Source of the DNA: Bacillota bacterium | GTDB lineage: Bacteria > Bacillota > Sulfobacillia > Sulfobacillales > JAIMBI01 | DNA length: 64,000 nt | Direction of reading: 5' to 3' | Assembly: GCA_021846565.1 (NCBI GenBank) | Contig: JAJZWS010000003.1 | Coordinates: 18,335 to 82,334 of the forward strand | In this document: one piece after another, positions 52,480 to 64,000 of the stretch | Layout: each line of letters begins with the position of its first letter | Position numbering within the stretch: the first letter of the stretch is position 1 | Made by a program: the position numbers and the translations under genes | Notes under the pieces: generated by a model | The model's database searches: none | What the model was told of the DNA's origin: nothing | What the model saw: only the letters and a program-made list of their open reading frames with translations

Positions 52480-53388
52480 TCAATACGGGATGGGCGCGGA
52501 GTGGCCCAGCCCGAGCCGTTCCGGGTGCGTGTACACGGAGAGTCGCCCGCCGCGGACGAAGGCGACGACCGTGACGTGGAGGGCATCGGCTATCTGCAGG
52601 CCCAGCGTTGTCGGGGCGGCGTGGGACACCACGAGCGCCGCACCCAGCCGCGCTGCTTTGACCACCACCTCGGCGGACACGCGGCCCGAAAACACGATGG
52701 CGAGCGCCCCCGGCTTCGGGGCGTCGTGCAGGAGGCACCAGCCGGCCACCTTGTCCAGCGCGTTGTGGCGGCCCACGTCGCTGCGCACCACCAAAAATCC
52801 CCGATCCACGCCATCACGGAGAGCGTCATCGTCCAGGAGGTCGTCATCGGTAAGCGGCGCGAGCGCCACGGTGTGGAGCCCCCCGGTGTCTTGGAAAGCC
52901 CGGGCGGACCCGTCGAGAGCGTCCACCCAGGCAGGCAACCGCTCTAAGCGCCGGAGCCCCGGGCCGGTAGGCACCGGTGGCACGTCGGTGTCGGACGCAA
53001 ACACCAGCCCGGGGTGGCCACGGCCACAGCACGCCGACAGCGTCCGCCGCCCCACCAACAGCGCGTCGCGTGCAGCGGGCGTGAGAGCCGGGCAGCGGAT
53101 CCAGGCGCGTCCGTCCTCGGCGTCCCACACCACCCGCGATACATCGTCGGGATGCCGGACCACGCCTTCTGCGGCCAGAAAGCCCAGCACCAGCTCATCC
53201 AGGTGGCTGGGCGTCGCCAGCAGCGTGACCCATTCGCGGCCATTCAGCATCAGGGTGAGGGGCGCCTCAAGGGCCACCCGGTCCTCGATCCGGTGTTGCT
53301 GCCCGTCCATCACACGAATGAGGGGCGTCGCTTGGCTGTCACCATCCGGCAGACGGGGGTCCGCCGGTGCCGTGGGCCGATTCGTCAC
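52480..53388 (-). CDS. fdhD: Formate dehydrogenase accessory sulfurtransferase
   Basis: ORF 52480..53628, trimmed to the GTG at 53388 behind GAGAGGAGG. It carries EAPLTLMLNG, LATPSHLDELVLGFLAAEGVV, SACCGRG, GGLHTVAL and DVGRHNALDK. Confidence 0.8.
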   Translation of the reverse strand: MTNRPTAPADPRLPDGDSQATPLIRVMDGQQHRIEDRVALEAPLTLMLNGREWVTLLATPSHLDELVLGFLAAEGVVRHPDDVSRVVWDAEDGRAWIRCPALTPAARDALLVGRRTLSACCGRGHPGLVFASDTDVPPVPTGPGLRRLERLPAWVDALDGSARAFQDTGGLHTVALAPLTDDDLLDDDALRDGVDRGFLVVRSDVGRHNALDKVAGWCLLHDAPKPGALAIVFSGRVSAEVVVKAARLGAALVVSHAAPTTLGLQIADALHVTVVAFVRGGRLSVYTHPERLGLGHSAPIPY

Positions 53389-53549
53389 GACCCGCCTCCT
53401 CTCGCCACCACCCGGGCTGCGTCGAGGGACCCGAGAAACGGCCCGCGTGTTGGATTGCCTCTGTGTATTGACCCTATTATAGCGGTAGACCGATGGCGGG
53501 GTCGCCCGCACAACACAATGGGGGGCGGCAGGCCGTGTGGAGAGCGCCG

Positions 53550-54134
53550 ATGGACGACGCAGCGGGCGTGGTGCTGGCCGGAGGCCAGAGCCGCCGCATG
53601 GGGCGGCCCAAGGCCGCCTTGGCCGCAAACGACTTCGAGGGGCGGACGCTGCTCTGCGATCGCGTGGCGCTGTTGGCGCAGGTGGTGGACCGAGTGTGGG
53701 TGTCGCTGCCGTTCGGCGCCACCGCAGCTCCCGACGCCATCATCGATGCGGTCCCCCATCCCGGCCCGCTGGCCGCCATTGACGCCGCGCTGGCCCGCCT
53801 GGAGTCGGCCGGCCGCCAGTGGCTGGTCGTGTTGGCGGTGGACATGCCCGGCGTGCCGCTGGCCCTGTTGTGGCGCCTCTACCGGGCGCAACGGGTGGCA
53901 GGCGTCGCGCTGGCGCAGCATCCCCAAGGACGCCTCGAGCCGCTGGTGTCGTGCTGGCACGTGGACGCACGGCCGGTGGTGTCCCGCTGCCTCGCCGAGG
54001 GCCAGCGCGCGGTGCGCGCGGCACTGGCCGCGCTGCCCACCACGCTGGTCCCGGTGGATCACGAGGACGCCGGTTGGCTGGTGAATCTCAACACCCCGGC
54101 GGATTGGGAGGCGTGGCGCCGTGGCCGAGTGTGA
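53550..54134 (+). CDS. mobA: Molybdenum cofactor guanylyltransferase
   Basis: ORF 53493..54134, trimmed to MDDAAGVVLAGGQSRRMGRPKA. It carries DAVPHPGPLAAI, LVVLAVDMP and NLNTPADW. Confidence 0.75.
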   Translation: MDDAAGVVLAGGQSRRMGRPKAALAANDFEGRTLLCDRVALLAQVVDRVWVSLPFGATAAPDAIIDAVPHPGPLAAIDAALARLESAGRQWLVVLAVDMPGVPLALLWRLYRAQRVAGVALAQHPQGRLEPLVSCWHVDARPVVSRCLAEGQRAVRAALAALPTTLVPVDHEDAGWLVNLNTPADWEAWRRGRV

Positions 54135-54702
54135 GCCGCGGTGGCTCCAGGTGGTGGGGTGGTCGAACACCGGAAAAACCACGCTGCTGACCCTGCTGGT
54201 CCAGACAGCACGCGCCGACGGCCAACGGGTGGCCGCCCTCAAGTGGTCGCACCATCCCGTGGGCAACGCAGAGAGCCCCACCGACGGCAAAGATGCCGAG
54301 CGGCTCTATGCGGCGGGGGCGCGCCCCGTGTTTCGCGTTGGCGCGGACGGCTGGGTGGAGCTTGGGAAGGAGCGCGCGCTGCACCAGACTGCCAGCGCCG
54401 CCCCGCGGTCTCCCATGGTGCCCGAAAGCCTTCGGAACCACTTGGGAACGCTTGCGGTGGACTGGGTGTTGGTGGAGGGGGGCCGGAGGCTGCCCACCCC
54501 CAAGATTGTCCTGGCGCCACGCGATGTTCCGGACGTGGCGCCGCCGGTGGTGCTGTGGCTGGGGCATCGGCCCGGCTCTGGGGAGAGGGCGGGAGCCCGC
54601 CCCTCAGCTCATTGGTCGCCGGGCGCGGCCTGCCGCCTGATCTGGGACGCTCGCCTGGACCTGTCGGCACCGCTGGAACGCATTCTGGAGCGGCCGCCAT
54701 GA
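54121..54702 (+). CDS. mobB: Molybdopterin-guanine dinucleotide biosynthesis adaptor protein
   Basis: 193-aa ORF overlapping the mobA 3' end. P-loop VVGWSNTGKTTLL and VEGGRR. The true start may be the GTG near 54151. Confidence 0.7.
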   Translation: MAECEPRWLQVVGWSNTGKTTLLTLLVQTARADGQRVAALKWSHHPVGNAESPTDGKDAERLYAAGARPVFRVGADGWVELGKERALHQTASAAPRSPMVPESLRNHLGTLAVDWVLVEGGRRLPTPKIVLAPRDVPDVAPPVVLWLGHRPGSGERAGARPSAHWSPGAACRLIWDARLDLSAPLERILERPP

Positions 54703-54915
54703 GGGGTGGTGCGGTCGCTTGTGTTGCAAATTGAGCATATCGTCGTTGCGTCGTGCGCATCGTGGACCGGAACCGGTGGGCTACAATCTCCGGAGGGGGC
54801 GGTGGGGCCAGTCGCGACCAACACGGGCTGAGTCGCCCCGGGGCTATGCGGATGCCTCCGTTGATGTCGACGATGCCGAGGGATCGCGGGCAGAGCAGAA
54901 CATAACCGGAAGGGG

Positions 54916-57592
<2,677 letters not shown>

Positions 57593-57612
<20 letters not shown>

Positions 57613-58219
57613 TCCCGACGCGATACCACTCTGGGTGGACTAGCGGCGCCATCGCTCGCGCCAGCGTGTCCACCCAGGAGGCTTCGCGCAAAACCAGCCC
57701 GCCTGTGAGCCACCCAATGGCGCCCATGCCTGTCTTGGCCTCATGAAGCCCCGTGATGTCGTCCACCACCGGTCCCAGTTCCTCACCCGCCCGCACGCGC
57801 TCCACGACCGCAGGAGGCAGCAGCACGGTGCCGCCGCGCGCATGCCAATTCCCGGAGGCCGCCACCACGGCGGCCACCCCCATGAGCCAGCCCCCGTCCT
57901 CTGTGAGCACCACCCCGCCTTCGAGCCCGACACCCCATCCCCCACCGAGGGTTCTCCGCGCCGCCTCGGCGCGGTTGAACGCCCCACGGGTGGTTTCCTC
58001 CCACCCGAGCGGCTGCTCGGGGACGCCCGAGGCGACGGCGACGGGTCGCACTGCCGCGTCAGGCGCCAGCGCCGCAAACACCTTGACGGCCGCGTTCACC
58101 TTGGTCGGGTTTACGGACCCCACCGCCACGACGCCGGGAGCCGCACCGGACCATCCGGCATGCCCAGCCCCTCCCAATTCCGCACGGTCCATCTCGATCA
58201 TATCCCCGGGGTTGGACAC
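57593..58219 (-). CDS. Inosine/xanthosine triphosphatase-like NTPase (DUF84, YjjX family)
   Basis: 208-aa ORF with [36 protein letters not shown] and GVGLEGG. The true start may be an internal Met at 58201 or 58192. The 3' end overlaps the acnA 3' end by 20 nt (convergent). Confidence 0.65.
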
Positions 58220-58473
58220 CGGCGCCGAAATTCCTGCCAGCGCACTTGCTTTGGGTCGGAATCGCTCATCACGTGACGACTTCTAGATGGCACGGCAAGC
58301 ACCTGCCCCCACTCAGCCGCAGGCTACACGACCGACGCATCACCCGGTCAGCGGTGCAGAGCCGCAATACGAGGGGAGGCTGGTGCTGCGAGCGAGTATA
58401 CCGGGCTTGTGGCGTTGGATGTAAGTGCAGAGACCATCGCGGTCGTGGTGGCGGAGGCGGGCTGCAGGAAAAA

Positions 58474-58929
58474 ATGGGCCCGATGGTGAATCCCAGCACC
58501 GGCACCCGACCGATAGTATCAGTGACGCGAACGCCGGTGACCCACGACCGGCTCCCGGTTGCTCGGAATGCGGTGGCGCTCGATGCCGCACAGTTGCTCA
58601 CCATCACGCCGGCCACGGCCACCGCAACATCCGGCGGAAGTGCGACGTATACGGCCACGGCGGAGAATGTGTGTGGTGAGGCGCTGAACGCGAGCGACGT
58701 GATTTGGGCCAGCTTTCTGCCGGGGTCATCGGCCGCTTCGGCCACGGCCGACGGCAGCGCCGTGGCGAGCGCGCCGACGATGGAGGCACTCACCGCGTCG
58801 GGCACGGTGGCCATCACCGTGACGGCGCCCACTGCCGCTTCGCTGCCCAGCAGTCTGTCCGGCACCGTGGTGGTCCAAGATCTGCCGACCAATCCGGATC
58901 AAGTAAAGACAGCCCAGTTCAACGACTAG
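58474..58929 (+). CDS. Hypothetical protein, Ala/Thr/Ser-rich (possibly Ig-like)
   Basis: The 3' part of ORF 58246..58929, from MGPMVNPST. ITPATATATSGGSATYTATAENVCGEALNASDV is reminiscent of bacterial Ig-like repeats. No signal peptide and a weak RBS. Confidence 0.35.
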   Translation: MGPMVNPSTGTRPIVSVTRTPVTHDRLPVARNAVALDAAQLLTITPATATATSGGSATYTATAENVCGEALNASDVIWASFLPGSSAASATADGSAVASAPTMEALTASGTVAITVTAPTAASLPSSLSGTVVVQDLPTNPDQVKTAQFND

Positions 58930-59073
58930 CGGTTCCTTGCGCTTTCTCGGATGCGGGATGTCGGTCGGCATCCCGCATCGCCCTGTTGGGCGTGTGCAGC
59001 ATCCGGCAGATTCCGGGGTCGAAAGACCGCTCGTCTGGCCGAGCGCTATAATTATCCACGGGAGGTGTGGCCG

Positions 59074-59886
59074 TTGGAGTTTCAGGATCGGTGGGTCAAG
59101 CATCAGCGCGATGGGCAGGCGATGGATGCGTACTTGGTGGGGCCTCCACGGGTGTCCCACCCGCTGCCGGTGGTGCTGGTGATTCAGGAAATCTGGGGAC
59201 CGGATGAACATATCCAGGACATGGCCCGTCGGTTTGCCGAGGCGGGGTACGTGGCGCTGGCGCCGGACCTGTACTCCCGCGGCGGACGGCCAGAGACGCT
59301 GTCGGCTGCCAGTATCGAGCGGTTGAAAACCTTTATGGACAGCCTGCCCCCCGGCAGCTGGCATGACCAGGACGTGTTGAAGGACCACATGATGAAGCGC
59401 CCCCCCGACGAGGCCCAGGCTCTTCAAGCCACGATGGGCGCACTGTTTGGCCCGCGCGACCTGGCCGGCATGGCCCAGGATCTGGTGTCGTGGATGGAGT
59501 ACCTCCGCGATGCGCCCGAGACGCGCGGCATGCCGGTGGGCAGCATCGGGTACTGCATGGGCGGGGCACTCTCGTTCCAGCTGTCGACGATGGGGACGCG
59601 GCTGGCGACGGCGTTAGTCTACTACGGATCGGCACCCGACGAGGGTCAGCTCGCGGCGGTGTCCTGCCCGGTGTACGGCTTTTACGGCGGCCAGGATGCC
59701 CGCATTACCGACGCGGTGCCGGGGGTGGCGCAAACGCTCGCCGAGCTGGGCAAAACGTTCGACCACCATGTGTACCCGGACGCGCCCCATGCCTTCTTCA
59801 ATGACTCGCGCAGCTCGTATCACGTGGACGCGGCCCGCGACGCGTGGGCTCGGTCGCTGGCGGCGCTTCAGCAGCACCTGTCCTGA
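59074..59886 (+). CDS. Dienelactone hydrolase-family alpha/beta hydrolase
   Basis: ORF 58951..59886. The likely TTG at 59074 (or GTG at 59065) follows GGGAGGTG, and a TATAAT lies at 59047-59052. It carries VVLVIQEIWG, YVALAPDLY, GYCMGG (nucleophile Cys) and YPDAPHAF. Confidence 0.75.
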   Translation: MEFQDRWVKHQRDGQAMDAYLVGPPRVSHPLPVVLVIQEIWGPDEHIQDMARRFAEAGYVALAPDLYSRGGRPETLSAASIERLKTFMDSLPPGSWHDQDVLKDHMMKRPPDEAQALQATMGALFGPRDLAGMAQDLVSWMEYLRDAPETRGMPVGSIGYCMGGALSFQLSTMGTRLATALVYYGSAPDEGQLAAVSCPVYGFYGGQDARITDAVPGVAQTLAELGKTFDHHVYPDAPHAFFNDSRSSYHVDAARDAWARSLAALQQHLS

Positions 59887-60226
59887 AAGGATCCCGTGGG
59901 GAGGTGGGGGCGCTCGCCCCCGCCCTGCCGGCTTCCTACGACCGACCGCTCCCAGAAGGCAGCCGGACAGGCAGCGATGGGCCAGCCCGGTTCTCGCGTG
60001 ACTTGTTCGGAACCGCCTGCGACGTTCCTGCGAAATCTCAACCGGTCCGGACCAACGTCGCAGTCTCAGGCCTCGGCCCGGGCCGCGCGTCGTGAACCGC
60101 CCCACAGCGCCGCACCGTCCGGGTCGGCTCGGGCCTTGCCGTCGTCTTGAGGTGGACGCGATGTCGAGTGCACTTTCACCGCGAGCCTGATAATCTGTCG
60201 GCGATGAGGAAAGGTGGTGGGGCCCG

Positions 60227-60727
60227 ATGGCGGTGGCTTCGCATGCTCCGCAGGGGTATGACTGTCCGTTTTGCCGGATCGCGTCCGGAATCGAGGAACC
60301 TAGTCGCGGGACCAAGCAGCGCGACGTCGTCTACCGAAGTAGCCGCGTCACGGCGTTCATCGCAAACAAGTGGTGGCCAAACAACAAGGGTCATGTAATG
60401 ATAATACCAAATGTTCACTTCGAAAATCTCTACGTTCTTCCAGACGAATATGCGGTAGACATTCACCGGGCGTCCCAAATCATGGCACGAGCTATGAAGG
60501 GAGCCTATGATTGCGAAGGAATTTCTACGCGACAGCACAACGAACCAGCGGGAAACCAGATTGTGTGGCATTACCATCTTCATGTATTTCCTCGTTATCA
60601 TAATGACGATCTATATATGAGCACGGGATATTATACTGATCCGGAAGAGCGTGTGGAGTATGCTGATCGGTTGCGGCGTTGGATAGAAAAGCACGCAGCG
60701 GCAAAGGAGCTGTCGCGATTGTCGTGA
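60227..60727 (+). CDS. HIT-family (histidine triad) nucleotide hydrolase/transferase
   Basis: 166-aa ORF with an N-terminal CPFC, and the NQIVWHYHLHVFPR histidine triad (HxHxHxx). It is visibly AT-richer than its surroundings. Confidence 0.8.
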   Translation: MAVASHAPQGYDCPFCRIASGIEEPSRGTKQRDVVYRSSRVTAFIANKWWPNNKGHVMIIPNVHFENLYVLPDEYAVDIHRASQIMARAMKGAYDCEGISTRQHNEPAGNQIVWHYHLHVFPRYHNDDLYMSTGYYTDPEERVEYADRLRRWIEKHAAAKELSRLS

Positions 60728-60828
60728 TGGGGACGAATCCCATCCCGTCACCGTGCCCCAAATCGGCCGTGGCCGCGCCCGCGGGTCAGGTGGTTCAAGG
60801 GGAAGCGCGGATGCGTGTGGGTGCGGGG

Positions 60829-60857
60829 CCGCGCAGTGCTGTTCCGCACTGCGGCGG
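60829..60857 (+). terminator. Stem-loop downstream of the HIT gene
   Basis: CCGCGCAGTGC-tgttcc-GCACTGCGGCGG has an 8-bp perfect core that extends with one bulge. No adjacent U-tract. Confidence 0.35.
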
Positions 60858-60907
60858 CGGTTCCGGGACCGATGGTCGTCGACAACACGCCTTTTTCGCG
60901 CAGTAGG

Positions 60908-60936
60908 TTGAATACCCTAACCCGTATGTGTATTGT
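60908..60936 (+). promoter_or_regulatory. Sigma-70-type promoter candidate for sat-aprBA
   Basis: TTGAAT (60908-60913), 17 nt spacer, TATTGT (60931-60936). An about 90-nt leader with small hairpins (for example TTGCGcaaaaCGCAA) precedes the ATG at 61035. Confidence 0.5.
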
Positions 60937-61034
60937 GAGGCGGTGGCCGCCCGATTGGGAGAGGCGGCGTATCGCAAGGAGTGTTCGCGATCCGACGGGT
61001 TCGGCCGGTTGCGCAAAACGCAAAGGGGGGCCTT

Positions 61035-62216
61035 ATGTCGCTGGTCAGTCCTCATGGGCCGCAGAAGCAATTGTTGCCGCGCTTGGTTGCGGAACCCGAA
61101 CGGGTGGAACGGCTGGAGTGGGCCGCGAGGCTGCCCCGCCTGCCGATGACCACGCGCGAGACGTCCGACCTTCTCATGCTCGGTATGGGCGCCTTCACAC
61201 CGCTGACAGGTTTCATGGGCCGGGACGACTGGCTTTCGGTCTGCGACCGCTACGAGCTGGCGGACGGCGTGTTCTGGCCCATCCCCATCACGCTCTCGGT
61301 GTCCGCCGATGCGGCGGCATCGCTGAAGGCCCGGGACCAAGTGGCTCTGGTGGATGAGGATGCGCACACCGTTATGGCGGTGTTGACCGTGGGGGAGATT
61401 TACACGGTCGATAAGGAGCATGAAGCGCGGCAGGTTTTCAAGACGGCGGACGCTGCGCATCCCGGGGTGGCCAAGGTCCTCGCCCAAGGCGCCTACAACG
61501 TGTCCGGCTCGGTTGAGGTGTTGTCCGAGGGACCCTACCCGAGGCAGTATCCCGGCCTGTATCTTCGTCCGGCGGAGGCTCGCGCGCGGTTCCGGACCCT
61601 GGGGTGGAACACGGTGGCGGCCCTTCAGACGCGAAATCCCATGCACCGCTCTCATGAATACCTTGCCAAAGTGGCTATCGAGGTGGTGGATGGGGTCATC
61701 ATTCATCAAGTATTGGGAAAATTGAAAGCTGGCGATATTCCTGCCGAAGTGCGCGTCCGCGCCATCGAAGCGCTTGTCGACCAGTACTTTGTTCCGGGAA
61801 CGTGCATCCAGGCGGGATATCCTATGGAGATGCGCTACGCGGGCCCCCGCGAAGCGCTGTTGCATGCGCTCATTCGCCAGAACTTCGGGTGCAGCCACCT
61901 GCTGGTGGGTCGGGATCATGCGGGCGTGGGCGATTACTATGGCCCCTTTGATGCGCACCGCATCTTTGATGAAATTCCCCGCGGCTCCCTGGAAATCCAG
62001 GCGATGAAGATCGACTGGACGTTCTATTGCCGGAAATGCGACGGCATGGCGACAGGACGGACCTGCCCGCACCAACCAGACGATCGGGTGGTCATCAGCG
62101 GCACCAGGCTGCGTCGGATGCTGTCCGACGGCGAGGACGTGCCGGAACACTTCAGCCGCCCCGAAGTGTTGAGTATTCTCCGCCAGTACTATCAGTCGCA
62201 GGCGGCCGGCCCATGA
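61035..62216 (+). CDS. sat: Sulfate adenylyltransferase (ATP sulfurylase)
   Basis: ORF 60981..62216, trimmed to MSLVSPHGP (RBS AAAGGGGGG). It carries [21 protein letters not shown] and PITLSV. Confidence 0.85.
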   Translation: MSLVSPHGPQKQLLPRLVAEPERVERLEWAARLPRLPMTTRETSDLLMLGMGAFTPLTGFMGRDDWLSVCDRYELADGVFWPIPITLSVSADAAASLKARDQVALVDEDAHTVMAVLTVGEIYTVDKEHEARQVFKTADAAHPGVAKVLAQGAYNVSGSVEVLSEGPYPRQYPGLYLRPAEARARFRTLGWNTVAALQTRNPMHRSHEYLAKVAIEVVDGVIIHQVLGKLKAGDIPAEVRVRAIEALVDQYFVPGTCIQAGYPMEMRYAGPREALLHALIRQNFGCSHLLVGRDHAGVGDYYGPFDAHRIFDEIPRGSLEIQAMKIDWTFYCRKCDGMATGRTCPHQPDDRVVISGTRLRRMLSDGEDVPEHFSRPEVLSILRQYYQSQAAGP

Positions 62217-62313
62217 TCACGGTGCCCGCCTGCGGTCCAGCTTGGTTGTGGGAAAGGGTTGCCCCATGATTTCCATGCTGGGGACACGTTCCAAGCGCAA
62301 GGGAGGTAACAGC

Positions 62314-62760
62314 GTGCCGACATACGTTAACCCAGACAAGTGCGACGGATGCAAGGCCTTGGACCAGCCGGCCTGCCAGTATATTTGCCCGAACGATCTC
62401 ATGACCCTGGACAAAGCCTTGGGCAAGGCGTTCAACCAAGAGCCGGATATGTGCTGGGAGTGCTACTCGTGTGTGAAAACCTGTCCGCAGTCTGCCATCG
62501 CGATGCGGGGGTACGCCGATGTGATGCCGATGGGGGCCAGCCTCACGCCGCTCCGGGGGACCGACAGCATCATGTGGACGGTCAAGTATCGCGACCAGCG
62601 CGTCAAGCGGTTCAAATACCCCATTCGATCCACGCCGTGGGGAAGCATTGAACCCTACGGCTCGTTGAAAACCCCCACCGCGGCCCAGCTCGGTGACTCC
62701 GGGCTCTGCGGTGAGGACGAGTGGCTCGGGGTCGAGCGGTTGCCGACGCCGGGTGTCTAG
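62314..62760 (+). CDS. aprB: Adenylylsulfate (APS) reductase, beta subunit
   Basis: ORF 62242..62760, trimmed to the GTG at 62314 behind GGGAGG. VPTYVNPDKCDGCKALDQPACQYICPNDLM and CWECYSCVKTCPQSAI give two 4Fe-4S clusters. A Trp-containing C-terminal tail is present. Confidence 0.8.
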   Translation: MPTYVNPDKCDGCKALDQPACQYICPNDLMTLDKALGKAFNQEPDMCWECYSCVKTCPQSAIAMRGYADVMPMGASLTPLRGTDSIMWTVKYRDQRVKRFKYPIRSTPWGSIEPYGSLKTPTAAQLGDSGLCGEDEWLGVERLPTPGV

Positions 62761-62816
62761 GAGGGCCTCCGGTGCTCAACGAGGGACGGGCAGGATGATA
62801 GAAAAGGGGGACAAAG

Positions 62817-64000
62817 ATGAAAGAGCCCCAGGTGGAATACGTAGACACGGACGTTTTGATCATTGGCGGCGGCATGTCGGGGTGCGGAGCCGCTTACGAG
62901 GCCGCTTATTGGGCCCAGGCGCACAACTATCGCGTGGTGATGGTGGAGAAGGCGGCCATCGAGCGCAGCGGTGCGGTGGCCATGGGACTCTCAGCCATCA
63001 ACTGCTATATGGGCATGAAGTGGGGCGAAAACACGCCCGAAGATTTCGTGCGGTACGTGCGCAATGACCTGATGGGCCTGTCCCGTGAGGATCTGGTCTA
63101 CGACATCGCGCGTCACGTCGACGCAACCGTTCACATGTTTGAGAAGTGGGGCCTTCCGATCTTTAAGACCGAGGATGGGAAGTACAAGCGCGAGGGCCGC
63201 TGGCAGATTATGATTCACGGCGAGTCCTACAAGCCCATCGTCGCCGAAGCGGCCAAGACGGCCGTGGGTCCCGAGAACGTGTATGAGCGGATCTTCGTGT
63301 CCCATCTCCTGATGGATCGCGATCGGCAGCGCGTGGCGGGCGCGATTGGCTTCAGCGTCCGTGATCACAAAGTCTTTGTGTTTCGCGCGAAGGCGGTGAT
63401 CGTCGGGGCGGGTGGAGCCACGATGGCATTCCGACCCCATGCGGTGGGCGAAGGGCTGGGCCGCATTTGGTATGCGCCGTGGAACACGGGATCGGCGTAC
63501 TCGCTGATGATCCAAGCTGGCGCCAAGATGACGCAGATGGAGCACCGGCTCGTGGCGACGCGGTTCCGCGACGGGTACGGTCCGGTGGGAATGTGGTTTT
63601 TGCTGTTCAAGGGGCGGGTGAAGAACGCCTACGGCGAAAACTACGAACAAACGCAAGCCGCGGCCCTTCAGGATTTCCTGCCGTACGGCGACGCCCGACC
63701 AATTCCGACCCCCCTGCGGAACCATCAAATGCTGTTGGACAAGCAGCAGGGGCGAGGCCCCCACTACATGCGTACGGACGAGGCGCTGCAGGCGCTCACG
63801 GCGGGCCTCGACCCCAAGAAGGTGCGGGAGATCGAGAGCGATGGCTGGGAAGACTTCCTGGACATGACCATGTCCCAGGCGCTGCTGTGGGCGTCGCACA
63901 ACATCGACCCCGCCAAGGAGCCCTCGGAGCTTATCATGACGGAGCCGTACCTGATGGGGTCGCATGCGTCGGGGACGGGCGCTTGGGTGAGCGGGCCCGA
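62817..64000 (+). CDS. aprA: Adenylylsulfate (APS) reductase, alpha subunit; partial, continues beyond the window end
   Basis: Not in the ORF track because no stop falls in the window. My translation from the ATG at 62817: MKEPQVEYVDTDVLIIGGGMSGCGAAYEA...ERSGAVAMGLSAINCYMG...IMIHGESYKPIV...WYAPWNTGSAY...TEPYLMGSHASG. This is the FAD-binding fold typical of AprA. Confidence 0.8.
   Translation, partial: MKEPQVEYVDTDVLIIGGGMSGCGAAYEAAYWAQAHNYRVVMVEKAAIERSGAVAMGLSAINCYMGMKWGENTPEDFVRYVRNDLMGLSREDLVYDIARHVDATVHMFEKWGLPIFKTEDGKYKREGRWQIMIHGESYKPIVAEAAKTAVGPENVYERIFVSHLLMDRDRQRVAGAIGFSVRDHKVFVFRAKAVIVGAGGATMAFRPHAVGEGLGRIWYAPWNTGSAYSLMIQAGAKMTQMEHRLVATRFRDGYGPVGMWFLLFKGRVKNAYGENYEQTQAAALQDFLPYGDARPIPTPLRNHQMLLDKQQGRGPHYMRTDEALQALTAGLDPKKVREIESDGWEDFLDMTMSQALLWASHNIDPAKEPSELIMTEPYLMGSHASGTGAWVSGP

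Overview
High-GC chromosomal segment (by eye about two-thirds G+C, not computed). It looks like a monoderm, Gram-positive-type bacterium: strong GGAGG-type ribosome-binding sites and many 1-4 nt start/stop overlaps. I cannot name the organism from sequence alone. I recognised no rRNA, tRNA, CRISPR array or intact IS/transposase. Most long ORFs in the track that run antisense to conserved genes are Arg/Pro/Gly-rich GC artefacts.

Content in order:
1. 0-11.4 kb: cell-surface glycan cluster. It holds a Wzt/Wzm ABC exporter, a DUF2079-like membrane protein, four GT4/GT1 glycosyltransferases, a WbaP-type initiating phosphotransferase, a WaaL/Wzy_C-type ligase-like protein and GalE, followed by a class II aldolase.
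2. 12-18 kb: housekeeping and transport genes (MFS, secreted hypothetical, NDH-2-like oxidoreductase, 3-methyladenine glycosylase, APC permease).
3. 18.2-25.3 kb: one translationally coupled 4-hydroxyphenylacetate/homoprotocatechuate meta-cleavage operon with a GntR regulator.
4. 25.3-28.8 kb: a small accessory island. It holds an AbiEii-type nucleotidyltransferase coupled to a DUF6922-like protein, an orphan radical SAM/SPASM enzyme, a G11 tract and a decayed S9 peptidase pseudogene.
5. 28.9-34.4 kb: MMPL transporter with a long heptad-repeat insertion, VIT1 transporter and a class III aminotransferase.
6. About 700 bp with no credible gene.
7. 35.1-38.7 kb: rmlACBD operon.
8. 39.3-43.6 kb: MarR, coiled-coil membrane protein, short HlyD, DHA2 MFS and a second short HlyD (efflux module).
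9. 43.7-52.3 kb: secreted repeat protein, AsnB, class V aminotransferase, an MFS+MarR pair, and a GT-C membrane glycosyltransferase with an LCP-like protein.
10. 52.5-59.9 kb: fdhD, mobA, mobB, aconitase, a DUF84 NTPase, a hypothetical protein and dienelactone hydrolase.
11. 60.2-64.0 kb: an AT-richer HIT-family gene followed by sat-aprB-aprA (aprA is cut by the window end).

The most unusual material is the NTase/DUF6922/rSAM island, the split efflux adaptor arrangement, an 8-bp x4 tandem repeat abutting a glycosyltransferase RBS, and the HIT + sat-aprBA block. All functional calls rest on motif recognition by eye. No database search was run.
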